In this document: piece after piece, positions 30,209 to 38,145 of the stretch
Numbering within the stretch: position 1 is the stretch's first letter
Layout of the letters: each line of letters opens with the position of its first letter
From: Bdellovibrionales bacterium
GTDB lineage: Bacteria; Bdellovibrionota; Bdellovibrionia; Bdellovibrionales; JAUICD01
Assembly (NCBI GenBank): GCA_965203275.1
Contig: OZ241865.1
Coordinates: 340,581-404,580, forward strand
DNA: 64,000 nt
Reading direction: 5' to 3'
Position numbers and translations under genes: made by a program
Notes under the pieces: model-generated
What the model saw: only the letters and a program-made list of their open reading frames with translations
What the model was told of the DNA's origin: nothing
The model's database searches: none

Positions 30209-31077
30209 TTGCTTTCTTGCTTAAAAACTTCATTCAATGTTTTGACTAAATAATCTAAAACATCTATTCCTAAAACTAATTTCATAAACTGATTCTTTAT
30301 TTCTGTTAAACTCCACTCTTTTTTAACAGCAAGAAAAGACAACTCTAAAGCAATCACAGGTTTAACCACATCAGCGAGATCGTAAGACAAACCTCCTCCT
30401 TTTGTCCTGCCATGCAGTATGCCAATATTAGGATCATAACCTAAATGTAAAATTGTTAAATCTGCAAGTGAATAAGACAAAAAGTTTAAAAAAGTCAGAG
30501 GATCTTTTTTACCTCTATAAGGCTTTCCTCTTTTCACAAAAGGCACTCCATAATCAATAGCTAATAACTTATAAGCCTCTCTAGCCCATGCTCCTTCCTT
30601 TGCTAAAAGGGTATTAATATTGTCCCCTTCTTGAGCAGATGGAAATTCAAGTAATTTCACAGAAGAATATTTTTTTATAAAAGTAGCTCTCTTTTGAAAA
30701 AGAATCTTTGCAACATTTATTCTTCTTTTCTCATCAAATATGACATCATGTTGCCTGATACGAGGAGAAGGAGATCTATGCTGTGTAGAGCATAAATAAA
30801 GAGGAGCAGCATTCCCACCCATCACACCAATCAAGCAACCTCTCGATGAGATAATTCTCATAGATTCTGATGTGATACTTGTCCCTGGCCCTAAAAACAA
30901 CCCCCCTATTCCACACACAGGAATAGAATACTCCTCTTTTAAACCCTTCTTGAAAATTCTTATATCGTTATCCTTTCTCTTGATCTTACTATATTCTATA
31001 TAATAAAAAGGAATTCTTCTCGATAGAGGAATCAAGGGTTGTACTTCATCAATACTTATATACTTTCTTTTATTCAT
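30205..31077 (-). CDS. cas1: CRISPR-associated integrase Cas1 (I-E-like)
   Basis: 290 aa. LGPGTSITSESMRIISSRGCLIGVMG, EGAWAREAYKLLAIDYGVPF, PNIGILHGRTKGGGLSYDLADVVKP align with the Cas1e blocks [61 protein letters not shown]. Confidence 0.9.
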   Translation of the reverse strand: MNKRKYISIDEVQPLIPLSRRIPFYYIEYSKIKRKDNDIRIFKKGLKEEYSIPVCGIGGLFLGPGTSITSESMRIISSRGCLIGVMGGNAAPLYLCSTQHRSPSPRIRQHDVIFDEKRRINVAKILFQKRATFIKKYSSVKLLEFPSAQEGDNINTLLAKEGAWAREAYKLLAIDYGVPFVKRGKPYRGKKDPLTFLNFLSYSLADLTILHLGYDPNIGILHGRTKGGGLSYDLADVVKPVIALELSFLAVKKEWSLTEIKNQFMKLVLGIDVLDYLVKTLNEVFKQESK

Positions 31078-31094
31078 TTTTTAATTAACATATT

Positions 31095-33611
31095 TTATTT
31101 CTTTAAAATTTTTAATAAATCTTCTTTAACCAATCCAAACTTTTTATGATACACCCGATGCTCTGTTTTATTGTTATCTTGATCTTTGAGATGTTCTGAT
31201 AAGCATTGATTAATTTCTTCATCAACATGAGAACACAATAAAGGTCTCTCTAACTTAAAGCCATAAATCTTAATGTACTTATTAAATTCAAAAACTTCTT
31301 CACTATTATTGATTTGATTAGCCTTTTGACATTTACTTTTTGTTTCTAAACATACCCTCATAGCTTCTGTTATTTTTGTAATAAACCAGTCTCTACTTTC
31401 ACTGAGCAAACAGACTCCTTGCAATTGCTTGACTGGTTGGCCATCATCATCTACAACACAGGCACTTAAAAGCCGAGATTCCCCTCTAAATAAACTATTA
31501 AACACTTGTGCTTTTTTGTTTTTCCCTGATAAAGACCTTTTTGGAATATACTTATTCAAATCTTTAATAGCTTCTGTTTGTTGTCGCTCTAAAATTTCAC
31601 AAGATACTTTGATATTTTCATCAGTCCAAAAATTATCATAAGCTTTCATAAGATCTCTTATGGTGATAAAATTTCCATCCTGCTGTTGAATAAAATCTAA
31701 AAGATAACCCTGCCATTTTTTATGAATTTCTTGAAAATCAGCTTTTCTTTTATTAAAAAACTTTTCTGTCTCATCATTGTAGATAAAACATATCTGTGCA
31801 TCTTTTTTATTCTCAAATCGATTGATTCTTCCAGCAGTTTGACAGTCCGCATGAGGTTGCGATAATTCTACAAGAGCTTTTTGAAAGCTTAAGTTATAAG
31901 AAGATTGCAACATCTTTGATGTGATCACTGATTTGTCACTGATGAGTATCTTTTTTGATCCATGCTCTTGCAAAATAGATTCTAATAATTCTTTTTTATC
32001 CTCATCAGTGAAATAAGAATGAATAAGTTTTATTTGATCTGTCTGTGCTTTTAAAAGTTTAGCAAAAATTTCTTGGCTATTTTCTACTCTTAAAAAAGAA
32101 TACAAACAATCAGGTTTAAATGTATTGATTTTTTCTATTTTCATGCTTTGAGCAGAGATTTTAAATTTATGGTTCTCTCTGGCTGAAAGCTGATCTCTTT
32201 TAAAAACACAGCTATCTTCTACAGAGATGTATTTTAATAAAGAAGGGTCTGGTGTGCCACTCAACATCAACGTTTTAACTTCTGAGTGAAGCCAACGGCT
32301 CCTTATTGTGAGTATTTCTTTTAAAGCAGGGATCATTTTAGGGTGTTCTTTAAACTCATGGAATTCATCTAAAACCAAATGAGAGCGAAGCATCTTAATA
32401 AATTCAGAAGACTGGCTCCTCTTATAATAAGGGCTTAAAAACCTATCAAAAACCATAATATTAATATCTGAAGTTAAAAGCTCGCTACTTTTTTCTGCCT
32501 CCGGATTACAACGTTTTCTTTCTCCATTAAAAACACCTTCTATTTTGATATTATGATATTTACCATAAATTCTTTTACAATCTTCCTTAATGGAATAAAA
32601 CAAACCTGTCACCTGATGTTGTCTTGGCAAAGCTATGATCAATGGATGTTTATTTTGACAGTGATGCCACCAATAAAGAGCAATGCTGGTCTTACCTCCA
32701 GCAGGATCAACTCCACAAACAGCAAGTTTTTTATTAGACTTAGACATTTTATAAGCTAAATCATTTTGTTCTTTGCTCTTTGAGTTTTTATTAAGATTTT
32801 CCATAATATGAAATGGTAGCTTTTTTTCTGCAAAAATTGATTTTCTATCTTTCCAGTTTTGTAAAAACTCTTGAAGTTCAGTGATATCCCATAAAGACAC
32901 AGCTCTATCAGATTCAAGAAGTAAGTTAAGACAAATTTGTTTAAAGGCATTATCATAAACAGTTTCTGATTCGTGTTTGAAAAACTTAGGACATTGTATT
33001 TCTTCAATATCATCATTGGGTTCTTCTAAATCAGGTTTATTGCTATTCTGATCATACAAAGGAAAAGAATCAAAAAGCTCTTTAACAAACTTATATATAT
33101 TCTGTTTTATATTGTCTTCTTCTATTTTCTCAAATATGACTTTAGAATTTTCAAATCTTAATGTATCTTCTTTATCATTACAATTAGCAGGATGATGCCA
33201 ATAAACAGAATGACGAACAATATCTTTAATTTTTCCATTATTAAATCTTACAAAGTTAGCAATGTAGGCCCATGAAATTTCATTATGAAATGGTCCTTTA
33301 AAACTTTTTGGCCTAAAAGATTCAGCATCCATGGGTATCTCTTTGAAATCATCTTTGACGTTTGATTTGCTGTGAATATATTTTTGAAAATCTTTTGAGA
33401 CCTTCCCTATATCATGGAGCAGGCCAGCAGAGATCAAACATTTATTGAGTTGTCTTTCTTTATCAGGTTTGAAGTTTAATGATTTGAGCAGTAAGTGACC
33501 ATAAAGGGCTACAGCCATAGAATGCTCTTTTAAAGGTTGCCCTTTTGTGTTAGCTAATAAAGTGCTTTCATTATTTTTTTGCTTTTGATTCATTGTCTTT
33601 TTCCCAATCAT
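31095..33611 (-). CDS. cas3: Cas3 HD nuclease / SF2 helicase
   Basis: N-terminal HD motifs (HSMAVAL, LLHDIGKVSKDF, HNEISW, VYWHHP). Helicase motif I GVDPAGGKTSIAL, motif II LVLDEFHEF, motif VI QTAGRINR. The start may be the internal Met at 33593. Overlaps the upstream gene by about 40 nt. Confidence 0.9.
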   Translation of the reverse strand: MIGKKTMNQKQKNNESTLLANTKGQPLKEHSMAVALYGHLLLKSLNFKPDKERQLNKCLISAGLLHDIGKVSKDFQKYIHSKSNVKDDFKEIPMDAESFRPKSFKGPFHNEISWAYIANFVRFNNGKIKDIVRHSVYWHHPANCNDKEDTLRFENSKVIFEKIEEDNIKQNIYKFVKELFDSFPLYDQNSNKPDLEEPNDDIEEIQCPKFFKHESETVYDNAFKQICLNLLLESDRAVSLWDITELQEFLQNWKDRKSIFAEKKLPFHIMENLNKNSKSKEQNDLAYKMSKSNKKLAVCGVDPAGGKTSIALYWWHHCQNKHPLIIALPRQHQVTGLFYSIKEDCKRIYGKYHNIKIEGVFNGERKRCNPEAEKSSELLTSDINIMVFDRFLSPYYKRSQSSEFIKMLRSHLVLDEFHEFKEHPKMIPALKEILTIRSRWLHSEVKTLMLSGTPDPSLLKYISVEDSCVFKRDQLSARENHKFKISAQSMKIEKINTFKPDCLYSFLRVENSQEIFAKLLKAQTDQIKLIHSYFTDEDKKELLESILQEHGSKKILISDKSVITSKMLQSSYNLSFQKALVELSQPHADCQTAGRINRFENKKDAQICFIYNDETEKFFNKRKADFQEIHKKWQGYLLDFIQQQDGNFITIRDLMKAYDNFWTDENIKVSCEILERQQTEAIKDLNKYIPKRSLSGKNKKAQVFNSLFRGESRLLSACVVDDDGQPVKQLQGVCLLSESRDWFITKITEAMRVCLETKSKCQKANQINNSEEVFEFNKYIKIYGFKLERPLLCSHVDEEINQCLSEHLKDQDNNKTEHRVYHKKFGLVKEDLLKILKK

Positions 33612-34731
33612 ATTTTTTAAATTCTTTTATTCCTGCTTTTCTTAATTGATATATCTCTACAAAAATTGGATCTTTTGTCTCATAACCACGTCCCATTTCC
33701 TCAAGGCCATCATAATCCACAAAAACCACACCTCCTTCGCCCCATCTAGCTAGGTTTGGCCCTTGTTTGAACTTTTGGATCATATCTTCCCAAGCCGAGG
33801 AATTTTGGTTTTCTTCAAAAGCTTCTTGTGATAAATAAATATCAAAATCCACACAAGCAATATAAGCCGGTGTCCCCCTCACAACAGAATAATATTGTTT
33901 ATCTATCCATTGTTTGGTATTATTCAAATCAGTAAAAACACTAAATTTGCCATAACGAGATTTTTTTATTTGATCTAAAAAATCAGTATCTAAGTCACAT
34001 AAATGGCAAATTTTTTCTATCAGCTTTAAAACTTGTGTACTTATAGATTTTTCATCTTGTATTCTTTTTAAAGCTGTATTGATACCATCTTTTAATTTTG
34101 ATTGAGGGATTTTTTCATCTATAATTTGACTTAGTTTGAGTGCATCTTGTTTTAACTTTTCATATTCTTCTTTATTTTTCTTATATGTAATAACAGTTTC
34201 TTGAAAGAGAGAATAAATATTTGAAAGAGATAAAGACAAGGAAGCAGATTGTAATATCTTCACTAAAGGCTTTCCTAAAAGTTTTATTGTGGGATCCGCA
34301 TGTTCAAAAGGATGGTTATGGAGATTCACTTTAGGGTGATCAGAAAATTCAGATTTTTTATAATGGGTGTCTTTCCTTTCAAAAAAAGTCGTGATATGAG
34401 GTTCTGATATTTTTTTAATAGCTACTGTTTGTACTATGGCATCTAAGGTAGAATTAAGCTTTTGAATAGACGGCTTTTGACTATCTTCTATTTTCTTTAT
34501 CTTTTGCGTCTCCCCCATAAGGTAAGAAAATAATCCCTTGAGAGAACTCTCCCTGACAAGAGATAAGACTTTTTGAGAGCTATGTTTGGGGTGAGGAATT
34601 AATTTAATATCCTTTTCTCCTGTCTCTTGTGGTGGATAAAGAAATAATTTGCCAATTTTTATTCTCTCCCATGCTTTGTCTTGCCTGATATAAATACCGC
34701 CTGACCGGACTTTTAATTTAATGTATGACAT
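33571..34731 (-). CDS. Cas5-like Cascade subunit with a large helical insertion (candidate large-subunit substitute)
   Basis: GAGGA SD 6 nt before the ATG at 34731; the track ORF starts at a TTG at 34737. N-terminus YIKLKVRSGGIYIRQ....SSLKGLFSYLMGE resembles the Cas5e beta1 plus helix (YLILRLAGPMQAWGQ...TRSGLLGLLGACLG). The middle 200 aa or so are Lys/Glu-rich and helical. Family assignment is tentative. Confidence 0.5.
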   Translation of the reverse strand: MSYIKLKVRSGGIYIRQDKAWERIKIGKLFLYPPQETGEKDIKLIPHPKHSSQKVLSLVRESSLKGLFSYLMGETQKIKKIEDSQKPSIQKLNSTLDAIVQTVAIKKISEPHITTFFERKDTHYKKSEFSDHPKVNLHNHPFEHADPTIKLLGKPLVKILQSASLSLSLSNIYSLFQETVITYKKNKEEYEKLKQDALKLSQIIDEKIPQSKLKDGINTALKRIQDEKSISTQVLKLIEKICHLCDLDTDFLDQIKKSRYGKFSVFTDLNNTKQWIDKQYYSVVRGTPAYIACVDFDIYLSQEAFEENQNSSAWEDMIQKFKQGPNLARWGEGGVVFVDYDGLEEMGRGYETKDPIFVEIYQLRKAGIKEFKKYDWEKDNESKAKK

Positions 34732-34733
34732 AA

Positions 34734-35666
34734 TCAATCCTCAGTTACTTCTTTAAATTCTTTGAAAAAATGATGAAATTCTATCTTACTTAATTCTTCT
34801 TTCAGTTTAGACTCTTCAGCATCTATTGTATCTTCACCATCAAAAAAAGAAACTTTAAGTGATCCCTTTTGATAAGCTAATCTGGATCCTGCTTTTAACC
34901 CATGAATACTACGTATTCTTAGAAAAACAACTTTCACAAGGTGCCTTATTTGTTTTTGATTCAATAAAATCCCCTCTCTTGGAACTTTATAAATAGCATC
35001 TTTGTCAATGTATTTTTTGATTTCAAGAGCAGAGTCGACACCATGTTTTTCAAAATACTCTTTAAGAAGCTCTAAACATTTATCTTTATCTTTTTTGTTG
35101 ATCATAGAAAAATCGTTATCTACCCCATAGAGAGATAAAAATTGAAGCTCTTTAAGATTTATCCCACCTAAAAGCTTTTGTTTCCTATAGGGCAGGTTAT
35201 CTTTTGAAAACATGGACGTATCACTTTTATCTTCACCCTTTTTATTTTTCTCTTTTCCTTCTTTTGGCTTAGAACTACTCCCTTGATCAAAAACAATATC
35301 TAAATGATCAGTAGTTACCGCATCTGCTATATGTAAAGGAGAACATTTTTTAAATCCATCATCGGGTGATAAATAACCTCTTAAAAGCCCTACTTCTGAG
35401 GCTACCATTTCAATAAATTTATCAGCAAAAATTTTATTTGAAGGTTGTCTGGGTTGAAGGTCTTTAAATATCTCATGCCTCAAACAACGCGAAGATGTGT
35501 AATCTTTTCTTCTCTTTTGACTTTGATCTACATTTTGAATTTCAGTGAAAGTCTTTGCACACAAATGATTCTCATGTCCATCTCTTTTACCAACTTTGTT
35601 GTAATTATAGACACCCCAAACATCTAAAAGACCTTCAAAGGTAATAGTTTTAATTGATTGACTCAT
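34734..35666 (-). CDS. cas7: Cas7 (Cascade backbone, RAMP)
   Basis: AAGGAGG SD. DYTSSRCLRHEIFKDL matches the Cas7 motif (.S..slR...r). KCSPLHIADAV resembles the second conserved strand. 310 aa, a typical Cas7 size. Confidence 0.7.
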   Translation of the reverse strand: MSQSIKTITFEGLLDVWGVYNYNKVGKRDGHENHLCAKTFTEIQNVDQSQKRRKDYTSSRCLRHEIFKDLQPRQPSNKIFADKFIEMVASEVGLLRGYLSPDDGFKKCSPLHIADAVTTDHLDIVFDQGSSSKPKEGKEKNKKGEDKSDTSMFSKDNLPYRKQKLLGGINLKELQFLSLYGVDNDFSMINKKDKDKCLELLKEYFEKHGVDSALEIKKYIDKDAIYKVPREGILLNQKQIRHLVKVVFLRIRSIHGLKAGSRLAYQKGSLKVSFFDGEDTIDAEESKLKEELSKIEFHHFFKEFKEVTED

Positions 35667-35677
35667 AATAATCCTCC

Positions 35678-36235
35678 TTATTTCATTAAAATTAATCCAT
35701 AGCCGTAGGATTTTCTAGATCCTACGCCCTTACTTAAAGCTTGATTGAATTTATGATGATCTAAAATATGAAATTTTCCCTCAATGCTAAAAATATTGTG
35801 AATAGTAAAATAAATATCCTTTTTATCTTCTCTCCGAGGTCCAAGAAACTGACAGGATACCTGATCTCCCTTGAGACCTGTCATAAAGCAAAACTTCTCT
35901 AAGGCTTTATCTTGGTTTATTTGAGGATAGATGTTTTTTTGTCCTCTTTTATTTTCCGGAATAATATTTTTTTTGTGTCTATTGCAAAACGAAACATGAG
36001 TTTCTAATGCCACTGTCTTATCATCCTCATTGATTAGACTCATTTTTTGAGTGCTGTGATGTAATGGTTTAGCAGGTGGAAGTGTGGAAAGAACATACAG
36101 CAAATCACCTTGAGACAGTGACGGACAGATATTTTGAGGAGAATTAAATAACTCTCTAATCAATGAATGAACAGAAGAATAACCAGCTTCAAATAAAGAA
36201 AAACAATAAATATTTACTTGATTTTTCAATGTCAA
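35678..36235 (-). CDS. cas6: Cas6 endoribonuclease (Cas6e/CasE-like)
   Basis: 185 aa. TTG start 5 nt after GAGG. C-terminus IFSIEGKFHILDHHKFNQALSKGVGSRKSYGYGLILMK parallels E. coli CasE VCFEGVLTINDAPALIDLVQQGIGPAKSMGCGLLSLAPL (glycine-rich loop). Confidence 0.75.
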   Translation of the reverse strand: MTLKNQVNIYCFSLFEAGYSSVHSLIRELFNSPQNICPSLSQGDLLYVLSTLPPAKPLHHSTQKMSLINEDDKTVALETHVSFCNRHKKNIIPENKRGQKNIYPQINQDKALEKFCFMTGLKGDQVSCQFLGPRREDKKDIYFTIHNIFSIEGKFHILDHHKFNQALSKGVGSRKSYGYGLILMK

Positions 36236-36264
36236 AATGACCTCACTTTAAATTGAGAAAAAAA

Positions 36265-36309
36265 CTGAACAGAAATATTCTGAGCAGAAATATTCTGAAC
36301 AGAAAGATT
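36265..36309. promoter_or_regulatory. three tandem 15-bp iterons about 30 nt upstream of cas6
   Basis: CTGAACAGAAATATT / CTGAGCAGAAATATT / CTGAACAGAAAGATT at 36265, 36280 and 36295. Confidence 0.4.
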
Positions 36310-36741
36310 TAAGTTTCTTCTTTCAAATTTTTCTTGGAACTCTTTTCCTTGTTTTTTGTCAAAGTTTGATGAGGGGATGGATTGTCAAACTACATTAAAA
36401 TATTTTCCTAACCACATTAACCTCTCCCCCTTTTCATAATCTATCGTCATAGTCAGACCAAGACTTTAGTCTTTATGAAAGGAAATTTTATTTATATGAA
36501 AAGTGTTTCATATTGAGGCAAAAAAGCAGGGCAGGACTCTTTAAACCCTTAAGTGCTAGATTCTAAATGCTCGATTTACTGCAATGAACAAAGAGAATAC
36601 AAAGAGCGTCATTATAATAATACTGAAAATCTACATGAACATTTGAAGGTTGTTAAGCTCAGGCAAACTCAGGAAAAAACAGATATTGTCATCCCTAACC
36701 TAAACTGAGAGGCCCCAAAAAAGCTTTGCTGGTATTTTTAT

Positions 36742-38141
36742 GAGCTTGTCCCTGATATCGGTGAAAATAGACGGCTCATAAATTAGTTTTTAATTGTTTT
36801 TTCTTTTTGTCAATAATAATTTTTTTTAAACTTTGTTCTAATTGTTCTAAATCTTTAAATCCTTTAATGCTTTTGAAATGTTTTTCTGCTTCCAATAGAC
36901 TCACAGCAGACCATCTTAAAACTTGATCTGAAGAAGAACTCCAATTCTTTACCCTCCGAACTTTTTCCCTCACAACTGAAAAAACAGACTCAATAGGATT
37001 TGTCGATGATAATGACCTCCTTAAAAGTAATGAAACTCCAAGCTTGATCGTTGTCAGTGTCTCCATCTCTGCCTCTTTTAAAGATGTGAATGCTGAATGA
37101 TTGACCCGCTTTAACCAGCTTAATAAAGACTCATGCTCTAACTTCGATGACAACTCATCTGGCATACCATGTAACTTCTTCCAACGACTCTTAAACTCTA
37201 TGTGACGACTTGGAGGTAAGCAACTCAGAATATTTCTCTCTTTATGCTGAATACAACGCTGAACTACTGAACGACCTGAAAATACTCTATCTATTCCCTT
37301 CCTTAATGCTTTGCTACCATCAATCACAAAAAGATAACCCTTCTCTTTATCAAGACCACGACCTATAAGTCCCTCCAGAAGATCACGGCAAACTTCCCAA
37401 CTCTCTGTATTGCCTTCTTTAAGACCTAATATAACCTTCTTACCTTGATCTGTGATTCCTAAGGCCACTATAACCAGCGTAGAACCAATACCCACTCCAT
37501 CTATCATTATCGCTGGAAACCTGTACTTACTTAAATCACGATTGTTAATCGACTCAAGGGCTTGTTTAGATGACTTATTAAAAACTCTACTCACACTACT
37601 CCTAGAAAGTTTAAGCCCTCCTGAAATATCATCTAAAAGATGATTGTAATTCCGTGATGAAACTCCACTCATGGCATGTTTTAAAACACGATCACTGAGT
37701 ATGTCATAGTGTTGAAGGGCTGAATAGATCTTAAGCCTCACTTCACGACCTGACTGCTTAACACGAGGCTTCCTAACCTGCAACTTTTGACCACCTGCAA
37801 GTATGCTACCTTTATCACTACCAGCTCTATGATATGGTGTATCTCTATGACGACCATAACGCTCACCGCAAAGCTCTAATAGCTCTGCTTCAAAAAAACC
37901 ATAGACCGAACAAAGAATAGATGACTTGATCTCATCCTCTACAATCTGACGAATTTCTGACAAAGTATTGGCTGAAACTTGAAATGAATGACTATTTTTG
38001 GTACACTTCATAATGGCTCCTTTCTTTTTATTTTTAAAAGTTAATTGTTAATAAAATTTGGTTGGCTGAAATATGCCAACCAGGAGCCTTCTATCTTAAC
38101 ATCTTCTCTAAGAAAAATTCACCGAATTATAGGACATGCTC
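36742..38141 (-). mobile_element. IS256-family insertion sequence (1400 bp) with imperfect terminal IRs and an 8-bp target-site duplication
   Basis: Left end GAGCTTGTCCCTGATATCGGTGAAAAT versus the reverse complement of the right end GAGCATGTCCTATAATTCGGTGAATTT (about 19 of 27 matches). Direct repeat ATTTTTAT at 36734-36741 and 38142-38149. Confidence 0.85.
36776..38011 (-). CDS. IS256/Mutator-family transposase
   Basis: 411 aa. AIMIDGVGIG...VIVALGI, LFVIDGSKALRKG, VQRCIQHKERNIL, NPIESVFS are typical DDE Mutator-family blocks. Confidence 0.9.
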   Translation of the reverse strand: MKCTKNSHSFQVSANTLSEIRQIVEDEIKSSILCSVYGFFEAELLELCGERYGRHRDTPYHRAGSDKGSILAGGQKLQVRKPRVKQSGREVRLKIYSALQHYDILSDRVLKHAMSGVSSRNYNHLLDDISGGLKLSRSSVSRVFNKSSKQALESINNRDLSKYRFPAIMIDGVGIGSTLVIVALGITDQGKKVILGLKEGNTESWEVCRDLLEGLIGRGLDKEKGYLFVIDGSKALRKGIDRVFSGRSVVQRCIQHKERNILSCLPPSRHIEFKSRWKKLHGMPDELSSKLEHESLLSWLKRVNHSAFTSLKEAEMETLTTIKLGVSLLLRRSLSSTNPIESVFSVVREKVRRVKNWSSSSDQVLRWSAVSLLEAEKHFKSIKGFKDLEQLEQSLKKIIIDKKKKQLKTNL

Positions 38142-38145
38142 ATTT

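Noticed and set aside
36236-36741. The 500-bp non-coding stretch upstream of cas6 as a decayed cas8 or regulator gene.
   Set aside because: I found no extended reading frame or Cas-like peptide in any frame when translating by eye. Only the 15-bp iterons stand out.
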